A stretch of DNA of 63,313 bases, the filler included, from Globobulimina sp. (lineage: Eukaryota), in the NCBI GenBank assembly GCA_003354225.1. It is 12 parts of 12 records of this genome, joined end to end, with 100 filler letters (N's around TTAATTAATTAA, not from the genome) between each part and the next. Parts side by side here need not be neighbours in the genome. Positions count along the whole stretch, not along the records: positions 1 to 5,204 come from PIVH01000674.1; positions 5,305 to 10,499 come from PIVH01000675.1; positions 10,600 to 15,793 come from PIVH01000676.1; 9 more parts are not named here. One strand, given 5' to 3'. A model generated the notes under the pieces. That model was not told the DNA's origin, searched no databases, and saw nothing but the letters and a program-made list of their open reading frames with translations. A program made the translations under genes and the position numbers. This document shows, in pieces, positions 1-10,922 of this stretch. Within the stretch, counting starts at the first letter, position 1. The number at the start of each line of letters is the position of its first letter.

Positions 1-611
1 GCATACTCATATGCAGAATGATCCGGTTTAATATCTTTCATTAAAACACATGCAACAGGCACTGCCATTGGTGTTTGATTAACACTGCCTGCTGGAAATA
101 CTGCAACAATATGAAAAACCTGAGAATAATATATACCACAACCCAATTTTGGTGTAGATTTGAATGAGCCATCAAATGCCAACCAAGGAGCATCTCTTAA
201 TATTTTTGCATGCTCGAAGTCACAAAATAATTGCACCGCATTCACCTCATCCGATCCCAAATAACTTAATCCTGCATTTTTTTCATATGATTCCCTTTGC
301 TTTTCATCCAAAGTCCCATCGGACGCAAGTTCTTTCATTTCCCATTCAATCACAACTGCATTTGCAGGTGTCTTTGGTGGACCATATTCACCCTTAATTC
401 TATAAATAAATAACTTCCATTTTTCCAAATTTTTGATATATCGAACCCAATACGGATGTTCACGTCGTGTGACTTCAAAATATTCATTTCCTGTGCTACT
501 TCCTTTATTTTCTCTGATTTTTCTCATCAAAGCACATTTAAATCCACGGCAAGCAAGTTCCTTGTCATCAATGATAGTATGACATGATTTGGCAAAATCA
601 TGCGTATCCAT
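1..611 (-). mobile_element. MULE/Mutator-family DDE transposase, N-terminal part (runs off contig start; absent from ORF track)
   Basis: Manual translation from ATG at 611 is open to base 1: MDTHDFAKSC...VQLFCDFEHAKILRDAPWLAFDGSFKSTPKLGCGIYYSQVFHIVAVF...PMAVPVACVLMKDIKPDHSAYEY. This matches the MULE first catalytic region (w..DGTFk..P..f.Q...i...P..f.L....Y). Confidence 0.85.
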
Positions 612-647
612 TTTATCTCCAAATGAATCAAATTGTAAAATTCCGAT

Positions 648-681
648 CGAAACGAAACAAAAGCAGCGAAACGAAACAAAA
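648..681. repeat. Direct repeat CGAAACGAAACAAAA x2 between the divergent transposase and SAM-like ORFs
   Basis: Identical 15-mers at 648-662 and 667-681. Confidence 0.8.
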
Positions 682-760
682 AAGATCCAAGTTCAGTGAC
701 TACATTTATTATTTGTAAAATATTACATAATAATATTTAGTTTGTAACGTACCGGCACGA

Positions 761-1912
761 TTGGATGAGAATGATTTTGATATACAATTTAATGCGGAGG
801 AGGCACCAAAACCACCTCAGAATTATTCAAAGCCGGAGAAAATTATGGAAATTTCTGATTTTATTTTGGATAATAATGATAATAAAAATGATAACGATAA
901 TAAAAATGATATGATTATGAATGATAAGGAGAATAAAAATGATTTGAATGATATGGAGAATAAAAATGATATGATATTTGAACAGGAAACGATTGAGGAA
1001 GCATTGAAACGAATGGAATTAAAACAATCTCAAATAAATAAAATGTTGGATGCAGAATTTGAGGATATCGATGATATTTTATCATTGGACGGAACTGAAT
1101 TATTACAGATGGGATTTAAAATGGGTGCAATCAAAGCTATTGAACGTAAATTGAATGCTGAGAAAAAGAGAAAAGGTGTCAACGCACAAAAAGGCGATGC
1201 AGAGATGAAGGATAATAATATGATGCAGCAATTATTGAATGTATTGCAACGTGGAAATAGGAATAATATGAATGTATTGCAACATGGAAATGATGAAAAT
1301 AATCAGGATAAAAAGGTTTGGTTTAAATTAGGAAACCGGCGATGTTATGTAGGAGTAATTAAGGAAAAATGGTTGAAAGCATATAATTTGAAAGCATTAG
1401 CAATGATTTTTGAATGGTTGGAATGTACCGATGCTTCAGTATTAAGATCGATGTTATTTCAGAAAACTCGAAGTGGAAACATGGACAAAGTTCGTTGTTT
1501 TTATGATGAAAATGCCAAAGAATGGCCTCATTCAAATATTGAGGAAGTGAAGAAAATATTACATTTTTTAGGTGGGATGAAATTTATTAAAATTTTTAGG
1601 GAGGATTTAGGTGGAAATGCATGGGGAGGAAGTACAGGATATACAGCAACATTTGGCAGGAATACAATATCAACTTCATTGGCATTGCAAGGTTCATTGG
1701 AAGAAGCTAAAAAAACATGGAAGTGGATGCAGGGAGTAGCAAATGATGTGGATTGGAATGGATTTGTTAATAAGACGCATGATGTAGATGCACATAGATT
1801 GAAGCTTGTAGATTTTATTGGAAATGGTCCAGATTGGGATGCATTCAGTGAATGGAAAAATAATGGGCCACAATTAAGGGAAGCTCAAGAAATTGAATCA
1901 GAAAGTGAATGA
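761..1912 (+). CDS. Hypothetical protein with Asn/Asp-rich N-terminus and SAM-like helical domain; possible MULE accessory gene
   Basis: 383-codon ORF with TTG start (true start uncertain). NDNKND repeats; QINKMLDAEFEDIDDILSLDGTELLQMGFKMGAIKAIERKL resembles a SAM domain. Confidence 0.6.
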   Translation: MDENDFDIQFNAEEAPKPPQNYSKPEKIMEISDFILDNNDNKNDNDNKNDMIMNDKENKNDLNDMENKNDMIFEQETIEEALKRMELKQSQINKMLDAEFEDIDDILSLDGTELLQMGFKMGAIKAIERKLNAEKKRKGVNAQKGDAEMKDNNMMQQLLNVLQRGNRNNMNVLQHGNDENNQDKKVWFKLGNRRCYVGVIKEKWLKAYNLKALAMIFEWLECTDASVLRSMLFQKTRSGNMDKVRCFYDENAKEWPHSNIEEVKKILHFLGGMKFIKIFREDLGGNAWGGSTGYTATFGRNTISTSLALQGSLEEAKKTWKWMQGVANDVDWNGFVNKTHDVDAHRLKLVDFIGNGPDWDAFSEWKNNGPQLREAQEIESESE

Positions 1913-1938
1913 CATTGATATTAATATATTATTTAAGT

Positions 1939-2139
1939 GATCACAGTTAGATCAACACATATCACAGTAAGAGCATACTCAAATCACAGTGAGAGCATAG
2001 ATCACATAGATCATAGTAAGATCACAGTGAGATCACAGTACGATCATAGATCATAGTCAGATCACAGTCATAGTCAGATCATAGAGCATAGAGATCACAG
2101 TGAGATCATGATCTGTCGATCTATCACATGGTCGAAACC
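1939..2139. repeat. Degenerate array of GATCAYAG-type short repeats; candidate transposon subterminal region/terminus
   Basis: Many copies of gatcacagt/gatcatag/gagcatag, ending abruptly at ...catggtcgaaacc (2139). Confidence 0.7.
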
Positions 2140-2197
2140 TTTCTAAATTGATTGAGCATTCCATGATCCTCTTTTTTCTTTTTCAACGTGTTGTATC

Positions 2198-2959
2198 CTA
2201 AACGCAGCCTCGCATGTCGCCAAATAGATGCTGTAATACATCCAGAATAACAGTATGTGTTTCTGCAGAGTCTGTGTCATTTGCAATTGACTCTAACTCG
2301 ACTCTGTAACATGGTACTTTTGGTACATCGTCACCGGTTATACCAAATGCTTCCAACTTTGGGTCAGGAAAAGAATCGATATATTCAATGATTTTACCTT
2401 TTTTATCCTGCGCATATTGAGGTATTCTATAATGAATTAACTTGGGTATTTCTAAGAAGTTTCGCCAGTTTTTACTTCGAATTACAACATCACCGATATT
2501 GCGAATACGGACATAATCGTTTGCTTTGAATTTTTGTTGCTGTGATTCTTTAATTTGCTGTTTATTGTTTGTTAAATATTCATTCAATTTAAAATGAAAT
2601 TCTTTTTCCGTAAATAAATTATAATTTAAACATAATTGAATGATGGAAAATGTCCATTCTTCATAATAGGATATAAACAAATATGTTGATTGAGGTAAGC
2701 TTTCCCAAATCCTTCGTATTTTATACGTTGAGACATTATATTTGCCATTTTTGTTTGTACCAATTTGAGACATTAATAACATGAGCAATGAATCAATTTT
2801 CTTTTCGTAGTCCGTTAAATATCGGTTATTCTTTGGTAATAACATCGATGGCGTCAATATTTTGTCATCATATCCTAAATCAGAGACTGATTGTTGATCT
2901 TTAGCAATGCATTGAGATGAAGTTAAATGTGACAGTATTTGGCGAAATCTGTTTGCCAT
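2198..2959 (-). CDS. Nitrile hydratase beta-subunit-like protein
   Basis: N-domain YEKKIDSLL...IRRIWESLPQSTYLFISYYEEW and SH3-like C-domain FKANDYVRIR...HYRIPQYAQDKKGKI...PDPKLEAFG...PCYRVEL...VILDV match NHase beta/thiocyanate hydrolase motifs. Confidence 0.85.
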   Translation of the reverse strand: MANRFRQILSHLTSSQCIAKDQQSVSDLGYDDKILTPSMLLPKNNRYLTDYEKKIDSLLMLLMSQIGTNKNGKYNVSTYKIRRIWESLPQSTYLFISYYEEWTFSIIQLCLNYNLFTEKEFHFKLNEYLTNNKQQIKESQQQKFKANDYVRIRNIGDVVIRSKNWRNFLEIPKLIHYRIPQYAQDKKGKIIEYIDSFPDPKLEAFGITGDDVPKVPCYRVELESIANDTDSAETHTVILDVLQHLFGDMRGCV

Positions 2960-3021
2960 TGTACCAAACGAATGATTATTTTCTAGTTTTCTGCTTTTAA
3001 TAGCCCCACTACATTATAATA

Positions 3022-4025
3022 ATGTCAGATGAGAAACAACTCGCAATGGAAATTGCATCGCATGAACAAAAAAACGAAACGACTGCTACCAACAGTGAAG
3101 CAACAAATAAAACAGATGCTGCAGCTGCTGGTGGTATGGGTTTTAAAAAATCATGTATGGCATCACCTCATTTAAAATCATGGTTTTTATCAGGAAACAA
3201 CTGTGTCATTGTGGTTCAGATGACATTATGATTCATAATGATACTTTTTATGATTGGGATGATTATTATAGTGATTATTATACTATTTGTTTTGATAATA
3301 TATTCACAGCGTACTCTAGTGACATCCCAGGTATTTGTCCACCACCATGCAATTTTGCCTTTTCCTGGTGGTGTTTAGGTGTTTTAGGTGGTCTATACTT
3401 AATATATTGGATTGAAACACTTTGTTCATCGTCAAGGCGTTATTTATCACATTCCTTTGCTACCGAGACAGTCCATCAATATGTAAATAGAATTAAATCA
3501 TATCCACCATCGATTTATTGGAGTGTTGAATGTTATCATTATGAGACGAGAACGAGAACAGTATATTATACGGATAGTAATGGGAATCAACAAAGTCGGA
3601 CAGAAACATATCAAGAAAAAGTTGTAACATGGACAAATTCAATGCATTATCATTTTAATTCATGGATGGATACATCAGCACCTTTATTAGGTTTAGAAAA
3701 TTATAAATTAACAAAAATAACATATACAAAAACGTATACTTTCGCGAATGAAGCAACAAGAAATGATTATAATTACCAATGGGCAAAGTTTAAAAGAGAG
3801 AATGATAGGGACGCATATCAATCAACGTGGCAAAAATTTACAGTAAAAGATTTTACAAAAAAAATGTTAGCTGAAGTTGAAGCAGGCACTAAACCATGTT
3901 GTTTGACATTATGTTTTTATTTATTATGGTCATTTGTCGGTTTAACATCATGTTATAGGGTATGGTTTGGAATGATTGTTGGGAGCAGAAAAAAATTTAC
4001 ATTCGTTAAGCAAATATCAATATAA
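3022..4025 (+). CDS. TMEM151-family membrane protein (frame discontinuity near 3190)
   Basis: YLIYWIETLCSS, PPSIYWSVECYHYETRTRTV, ETYQEKVVT, SWMDTS and LTKITYTKTYTFAN are TMEM151-like motifs. The N-terminal part lies in the 3022 frame and the rest in the 3153 frame. Confidence 0.75.
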
Positions 4026-4535
4026 CAGAAAATAAAATAAAAATATAATAACAAAGTCATGTGTTGACAGTTTATGACATTATTAGTTTAAATAACTTAT
4101 CTGAGTGAGTTTGTGGACTGAGTGTCCTGTATTCGTTTTTATAAATCCCTGTCCTTTGTTTTCCTTTTTTTTTTGTTACATTGTGTTTGTTTATCGTTTG
4201 CAGTGGATTTATATTGGTTTTTGTTTTCTTTTTTTGTGTTTTGTACATAGTATTGCTAAGCATAGTGTTTTTTCACTTGTTTATGTTAAATTAATCTAAT
4301 CTAATAGCAATGGATAAAATTGATATAAGTAAGACCTTTCTTCTTTGACAAAATCATTTGCAAGTCATCTAATCCAATCAGTGCATTGCATTTATTTTTG
4401 TAATTTACAGATGATTGGCGCTTTGAAGTTTCCATTGTTGCTTACTAAGACACTGCAGTGAAAAATCTGCGTACAAGTCATTCAACGATATATTCATATG
4501 TGATTATGTGTGCATGACTACTAAATTTAACTATA

Positions 4536-5168
4536 TTAACTACTAAATAAAAACATGTCAACATTAGATAACACAACACGATAATTTACAGCTACATTAT
4601 ATTCACTCAATACTATCACAATAAAACCATCATCATCCTCTAATAATAAATCCTGATAGATTCTAAATGTATTTCTTTCTGTTTTTGCAATTATGGTTAT
4701 TGTTCGATATTTAACCGTAATCTGATACCTCCCACAAATATCATCTTTATATTTTTGCAGAATTTGATTGTTACTCAAAACATCTTGCAACGAATCCTCT
4801 TTGTTGCACCAAATAAATAAAGGAAATCCAATAAACTGATTATGAATACGTTCGAAACGTTTCATATCATTCAAATGACCCTTCCATATAAATCTGATCA
4901 TTAACTTATGTTTTTCTGCTGTCGTTGTGCTGTGTTCTTCATTGGGTATCATAAATATATTTAGCTTTGTGACATTTTCATATTTGCTGTTTTTATCTTT
5001 TATACATTCTGTTGATTGCGATTGATATAAAACATTATATACTTTACAACTGCCATAATCCTCATCCTCCTCATCATCTACAAATTTATAATCATTAATT
5101 GTTGCATAACAATTGGTATAATTCTCATATGATTCTTTAATTTGTTTAATATGTCGAGGTCCAATGAG
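4536..5168 (-). CDS. Terminal exon of a gene truncated by contig end (weak resemblance to USP7-type C-terminus)
   Basis: Frame open from acceptor tttgacag|ctc (5168) to stop at 4536; FIGFPLFIWCNKEDSLQDV motif. Confidence 0.4.
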   Translation of the reverse strand, partial: LIGPRHIKQIKESYENYTNCYATINDYKFVDDEEDEDYGSCKVYNVLYQSQSTECIKDKNSKYENVTKLNIFMIPNEEHSTTTAEKHKLMIRFIWKGHLNDMKRFERIHNQFIGFPLFIWCNKEDSLQDVLSNNQILQKYKDDICGRYQITVKYRTITIIAKTERNTFRIYQDLLLEDDDGFIVIVLSEYNVAVNYRVVLSNVDMFLFSS

Positions 5169-5204
5169 CTGTCAAACATAAATTGAAATTTATTTGCAAT
5201 TGCG

Positions 5205-5304
5205 NNNNNNNNNNNNNNNNNNNNNNNNNNNNNNNNNNNNNNNNNNNNTTAATTAATTAANNNNNNNNNNNNNNNNNNNNNNNNNNNNNNNNNNNNNNNN
5301 NNNN
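5205..5304. other. Artificial contig linker N44-TTAATTAATTAA-N44 (also at 10500, 15794, 21088, 26378, 31661, 36938, 42215, 47492, 52767, 58041; each 100 nt)
   Basis: Identical six-frame-stop spacer at 11 sites; contig lengths fall monotonically from 5204 to 5173. Confidence 0.99.
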
Positions 5305-6273
5305 CCAATTAAGCCTCCAATTTGGCAGCGATTTCCAGTTTGTGGAAGGGTTGGATTACGATGTTGTATAACTGCAGATACGACAGACAGTTCTCACTAT
5401 GTACCTTTATATGGTCGTTGTTTTTCTGGTGAATGCATAAATGGACAATGTTTATGTATGCGGGAAACTGAATGTGCTGAAGAAGATATGTGTTGTGAGA
5501 GTGACAAAGATTGTTGTGCAACAGCACCATTTTGTATGTATGGCAGGTGTTCCACGCATATTATTATGATGGGCCGACCCTATAATTTATTGGATAATAT
5601 CCATGCTAACCTCCATGCAAATATCATTATTGATGAATACAATGAAAAATGTGCCACTTTATTAACTGATGAAGGGAATACAAAATATATTAATGCTTTA
5701 TTATCGGAGCATGCATCAATTGCTGCCTTTAATAAATTTGCCATTGAATTAATGAATTTAGGCGCGCCGTTATGGTTTGTTGAATTAACGCAAAATGCTG
5801 CCTTGGATGAAATTAATCATTCAAAAATTATGTTGAATATATTAAATGACAAAGTAACACCAAATAATACAGAAACGTGTATAAAAATTGGTAAATTTCC
5901 AAATCATAAATTAGAATTTCGTGAGGATTGTAATGCGATATCGTTAGATGTAGTAAATGGTGGTTGTTTTGGTGAAACAATATCAAGTATGGATACAATG
6001 GTCGAATCAATTAAAATTAACGAATTAGAATCAGTGGCAATGGATGAAGCAACGCATAGTGCATTGGCATGGATTTCTGCAAAATGGATGATTAATAATT
6101 GTCAAAATATTAAAATTGCAAATGTAGAATGGTGGCAAAATGCGTTAGCACAAAAACCATCTGTTATTGAAAATATATTTAAAGTTTTTTGGAATTTTAA
6201 AGGTGATGATTATCAAAGTTTATATAAAATCGTTAATGATATGTTAAATGCCAAGCTTTTGTCATTGAATTAA
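5305..6273 (+). CDS. Cys-rich N-terminus plus ferritin-like di-iron domain (myxobacterial type), 5' partial
   Basis: Frame open from contig start (PIKPPIWQRFPVCGRVGLRCC...). Motifs GRP, EHASIAAFNKFAIELMNLGAP, AALDEINH, GCFGET and DEATHSALAW give two ExxH ligand sets. Confidence 0.8.
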   Translation, partial: PIKPPIWQRFPVCGRVGLRCCITADTTDSSHYVPLYGRCFSGECINGQCLCMRETECAEEDMCCESDKDCCATAPFCMYGRCSTHIIMMGRPYNLLDNIHANLHANIIIDEYNEKCATLLTDEGNTKYINALLSEHASIAAFNKFAIELMNLGAPLWFVELTQNAALDEINHSKIMLNILNDKVTPNNTETCIKIGKFPNHKLEFREDCNAISLDVVNGGCFGETISSMDTMVESIKINELESVAMDEATHSALAWISAKWMINNCQNIKIANVEWWQNALAQKPSVIENIFKVFWNFKGDDYQSLYKIVNDMLNAKLLSLN

Positions 6274-6558
6274 TTTTCTTTTTTGCTTTCTTAATTTTAA
6301 ACTTTGTGTGTGTTGATTTATGATATTTTATGTTTAATTTATATTAGCATCTTTCTTATTTTTTTAGTAAAATATAGTGTTTCTTAGATTTGGTATACAA
6401 AGACTGCGACAGAAACAAAATAGTTATTTTGATTTCAAAACTGAAAAGTTTAGGTTTTTTTTTTAAGAATCTAAAACATAGCGTTTTGATAAAAAAAAGC
6501 TGTTTAAATTTATTCATTGTTTAAAGAAATGCGCATTAATTAATAATAATAGTAAAGA

Positions 6559-9500
6559 ATGTCGTATCATTTTACGAAATGTGTAGAAGCTCAAGCAGCA
6601 TTTGAAGGCGCTGAAGAATTATTTGTGAAATTTCTAGCATCTCTAATTTCCACAATAATTGATCCCTTCAAATCATTATCCTATTCAAAATTTAATATCT
6701 CAAAAAACGAAGTCTCGCAATTGCATCTTTTATTCGATGCCATTGCAGATTTATTCCAGTTTCATATTGATTCTCACGACAAACTAGCATCGCCACAAAC
6801 ACCCACCAAGTCCAATAGTAACAGCAGCAGCAACCTCACCTCGCCACCACCAAATTCATACAAAAATTTTAAAAACAATGCGTATAAACATGTACATCAC
6901 CGCAACACGCATGTTTCCACCAACACGCAATTCCAACAAAATCTAAATTCATTGATCTTCAAATACTATGCAAATCTCCCCGCGATGTATAGCAAATACT
7001 TTGATCGCGCCATTTTATCCTTACCTCATCTCTCCCATATCATCACCACTCGCACTGGCACCCACATTAAAAAATGGTTTCGTACCAAATGTGACAATAT
7101 CACAGACTTACATGACAGCAGTACGTCTTATAAGTCATTTGCGCACATTTTGCGTGACATATTGACCCACGGCAAGCAGCAAGCGGACAAATTGCATGAA
7201 ATCGCCAAATCTAAATACTTGACCAACAGCACTGAAGCAAATACGTTCGAAGAGAATAATCGAATGTATTTAGAAAATATATTTATCAGTTAAGTGTTAT
7301 TATATTTTTATACAAATGCAAATAACGCAATTTCGCAAAGCAGAAACATTAAAAAAACAAAAAAAAAAAATGAACCAGATAAATGGGAGGAACATAGACA
7401 AAAATTTGATTTGTTACATATGGAATGCACTTTAACCCAAAGCAATATTCAATTATATCACCAGGATCGCCGTTTAATGCTAACCTTTTCTGTGGATTTG
7501 CCGACGAGTAAACGCAGTACGAAGAATTTATTTGGTTTGAATAAAAATAAAGTGGCTCAACAAACGCAAGAAGGCATTTTTTACATTTTCAATGATATGG
7601 TTTTAATTTGTACCAAGGATGCAAAATATAAAGGTTGTTATCACTTAATTGACGAAGAAAATGTATTTATAAATGTCAATCAGGATAAAAAAATCATTAC
7701 CTTTGACACGGACATCAATGACAAGAAAAAAGTCACTGTATACATGCGCAAATCAGGTACAATATTCCCACCGTATACCGTACGCAAATTCGCATAAAAC
7801 ACACACCCAAATAAACAGAGGAATTGCGTGTGGCATTAGATGCCATTACAGAGTATCAAAATAATTTACGTCAAAGAAAATGGTCAGATGTGCACATAAA
7901 GAAATCGCCACCAATTCCAATCTCATCCGCCCACAAATCTAACTCGTTCCCGTCCTCTCATCCCTCCATTTATTACACCACGCCTCCCTCCCTCAACCAG
8001 TTAGTGGCCAATACCAAATACAACCGGGGTCGGGGCAGTGGCAGCGGCAGCGGTAGCGGCAACAAACAGAGAGCCTCCATGAACTCAGGAACTACCTTCA
8101 GCATTTTAACTGAAAACACCACATTCAACGATCTATCCGAACCACGCACCTCCAATGCGTACAATACACCGTTATCATCGCTGGTGATTTCAAACCAATC
8201 CAACACCACACTCAGCAGTGACAAGTCCATGTTCATTATGCAGGAAATCCATGATGACCCACACGAGGAAGAAGAGGCACACTTACATGTACACGCAAAA
8301 CCAGTCGAAAATTATGTACATGCACAAGAAAAACAAGACTCGCCACCACCTCCACCGCCACCGCCACAGATTAGTGATGATGAGTTGGAGAGCGACGACG
8401 AGGAAAACATCGCTCAAAAACACGCCAAATTTAAGTTATATCGCACGGAATCCTTGAAAAATGGACGTAGGTTCAGCGTGCCCTCCATATTATCCTCCAT
8501 CGCGTCGAGTGGTAAAGGCAGCAACGGCGGCACCAATACGAGTGACAGTAACAACGAAAAGATGGCGCCCAAAGAACCCTCGCCCAATTACCGAGGGATC
8601 AACTCATTGGATCCCAATGTATCTGACAGCGACGAGCATAAATCCGGTCACAAATTACGCAAACGGAGCAAGTCATTGTTATCCAAACAAGTCCGTTTTA
8701 AGAGCAATAACTCCTTCAACGATGATGACAACGCTGAAATTACGATCAATATCGCGCTAAAAGAAGGGAATGAATACTCCCATTTGGACGATGATATACC
8801 AATATACGAAGAGGAGGACATCTTAGGTAAGGACCAAATGAGTAATCCCTTGGAAGAGCAGTATTTGATTGAGGAGAATGCGGAGAAATTGCAGGAGAGA
8901 GCCGACATGACACAGATTGATCTGAGGGAGGATACGCCGGACAGTGAGCTGCGACCCGTCGACGATCCGCACGGTTTGGCCGATGTGCAGTTCAGTGATG
9001 AAGAGTATACCTCGGAGGACGACCATGCCTTTAAAATGAAAGTGTTATTGAAGCCGAACTGGGCGGTCCAGGACGAGGCAGAGGCGGGCGATATACGCGA
9101 ATATCCACGGTTGAGCTCGAAGGAGTACTATGCGGCACATCGGGAGATATTGGACAATGTCAAGTATTCGCAAAATATGCATGTGCATAAATTGCAACTG
9201 AAGCAACAGTTGCAAGCACGTTTTGAGCATAAAAAAAAGGAGATTATGGACGATGAGCAGATAAAAAACAGTATGAAAATGAAGATTATTCAACAAATGG
9301 AAGACTGTGTCCACACCGAAGAGGAAAAGAAACAGAAAATCGCGCCTCATCCGTTTGAAAGGTATTTAGATGAAATGCATGAGTATGAACAGAATGGAGA
9401 GCAGCAGATATTACATGATCGATATCGTTCGCAGGAACTGTATGTTTGGGATGACAACGATGAGGAAATCGACGATGAAGAGACTAATAATTTTTTAGAT

Positions 9501-10499
9501 ATCGAGAGCAAATCGAAGAGTAAATCAAAGAGTAAATCTGGGCTGGTTTTGAAATTAAAGTTGAAATTGAACCTATCATCCAATACAAGTAAGGGATCGA
9601 TGGCATCTACGTTAGGGCCATCGGCCAGTGTTGGTTTGAATGATGACGACGACGTAGCAGTGCGTGGTGGTGACACTTTGGTCGCCATTGACAACCCCGC
9701 CGATGCAGAGGGCATTGAATATGTTATCGCGTCACCCACAGAAAACGTATTAGAACGGTTCAATTTGCAAAATGATAAATTGTTGTTATTGGCTGAAATC
9801 CAGCGATTACGGAATATAATAATGGTACAGAAACATGATATGGATGGTATGGAGAATGAGGTGGAGCAATTGCACGAAAGTGTGGTGGATAAAGAAGAAC
9901 AAACCAAAGCGTTGCGGTCCACCAATGTGTCATTGAAGAGGCAAAATAATGAGTTGACTGATAAAATAAAGCAGGAAATGGATAGCAATGCAGAGTTGAA
10001 GCTAGATAACGAGCGCTTGAATGGATTGGTCCGTATGCGTGACGACGACGATGATGATGACCATGATGAGTATGACTTTGTGTATGATGACGATTCACAG
10101 AAATCGTGGAGTATGGTGCCACGGTTTCCGTCGCAGCCATTGACGGACATTCCGTCGCAACCATTGATGAAATCGAGCAAATCTGATATTTCGTTGGTGT
10201 CGTTTAAAAATTTAATAGCGCCGGAATTAGTCCATCATAGCAATAGCAGTGGCAACATGCACGGAGAGGGTAATAAGAAAAAGAAATTTGACGATTACAC
10301 GCAAATGACGCAGTTGAAGAAGAGTAACACGAACACGAACTTCAAAAAGAAAAATAAGACCTTTCAACGTCCGAAATATCATTCATTCGCATTGGGTCAG
10401 GCGAAAAAAGAGCGAATGCATAGATTACGCAATCAAAAACAAAAAAGCCACAACAATGAGGTGGAGGTGGCCTCGCCAGCACAGTCGCAGCCCGTTGAC
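6559..10499 (+). CDS. Multi-exon RhoGEF (DH-PH)-like protein with long low-complexity/coiled-coil tail, 3' partial
   Basis: DH-like start AEELFVKFLASLISTIIDPF; PH-like RRLML...FYIFNDMVLIC. Intron 7757-7818 joins ORFs in frame, with another intron near 7266-7343. Poly-Pro tract and coiled coil follow. Confidence 0.55.
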
Positions 10500-10922
10500 N
10501 NNNNNNNNNNNNNNNNNNNNNNNNNNNNNNNNNNNNNNNNNNNTTAATTAATTAANNNNNNNNNNNNNNNNNNNNNNNNNNNNNNNNNNNNNNNNNNNNT
10601 ATGCTAGAATCCTGGAAAAATCTATCCTCTGCACTGTCGTCTATGAGGTGAGAACCCTGATATTAAGATTTTCTTGAAGTGAGCTAGTCATCGGTCATCG
10701 AATACTTTGCTAATCGTTGAAATGAAACTAAGCCAAAAAAAGTATAGTTTCCATAAACAATGTTGTGTTTCACTAATCGGCCTTCGGATTTTGTACCTTG
10801 CATAGTTTGTACCTTCGGATTTTGTAACACGTTGGAAATAGTTTTACAATAAATAAATAAAATCAGAATTATGTGTTTTTTCCAATTAATGAGTTGATTT
10901 CCAATGCCTCTTTAAATAGGAC

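Noticed and set aside
164-397. 77-aa plus-strand ORF
   Set aside because: Antisense to the MULE transposase frame.
1939-2139. CRISPR-like array
   Set aside because: Units are 7-11 nt and degenerate, with no unique spacers and no cas genes; eukaryotic context.
7973-10180. Antisense and alternate-frame ORFs (e.g. 9347-10180; also 24068-24647, 25467-25991, 28295-28959, 44766-45383)
   Set aside because: Shadows of low-complexity coding sequence on the real strand.
10781-10826. Direct repeat ccttcggattttgta x2 (also atgtggcgtc-cactttt x2 near 52705-52748, and ccacaaatcaaatactaat x2 near 23691-23730)
   Set aside because: Short two-copy duplications; possibly TE ends but with no partner or TSD visible.
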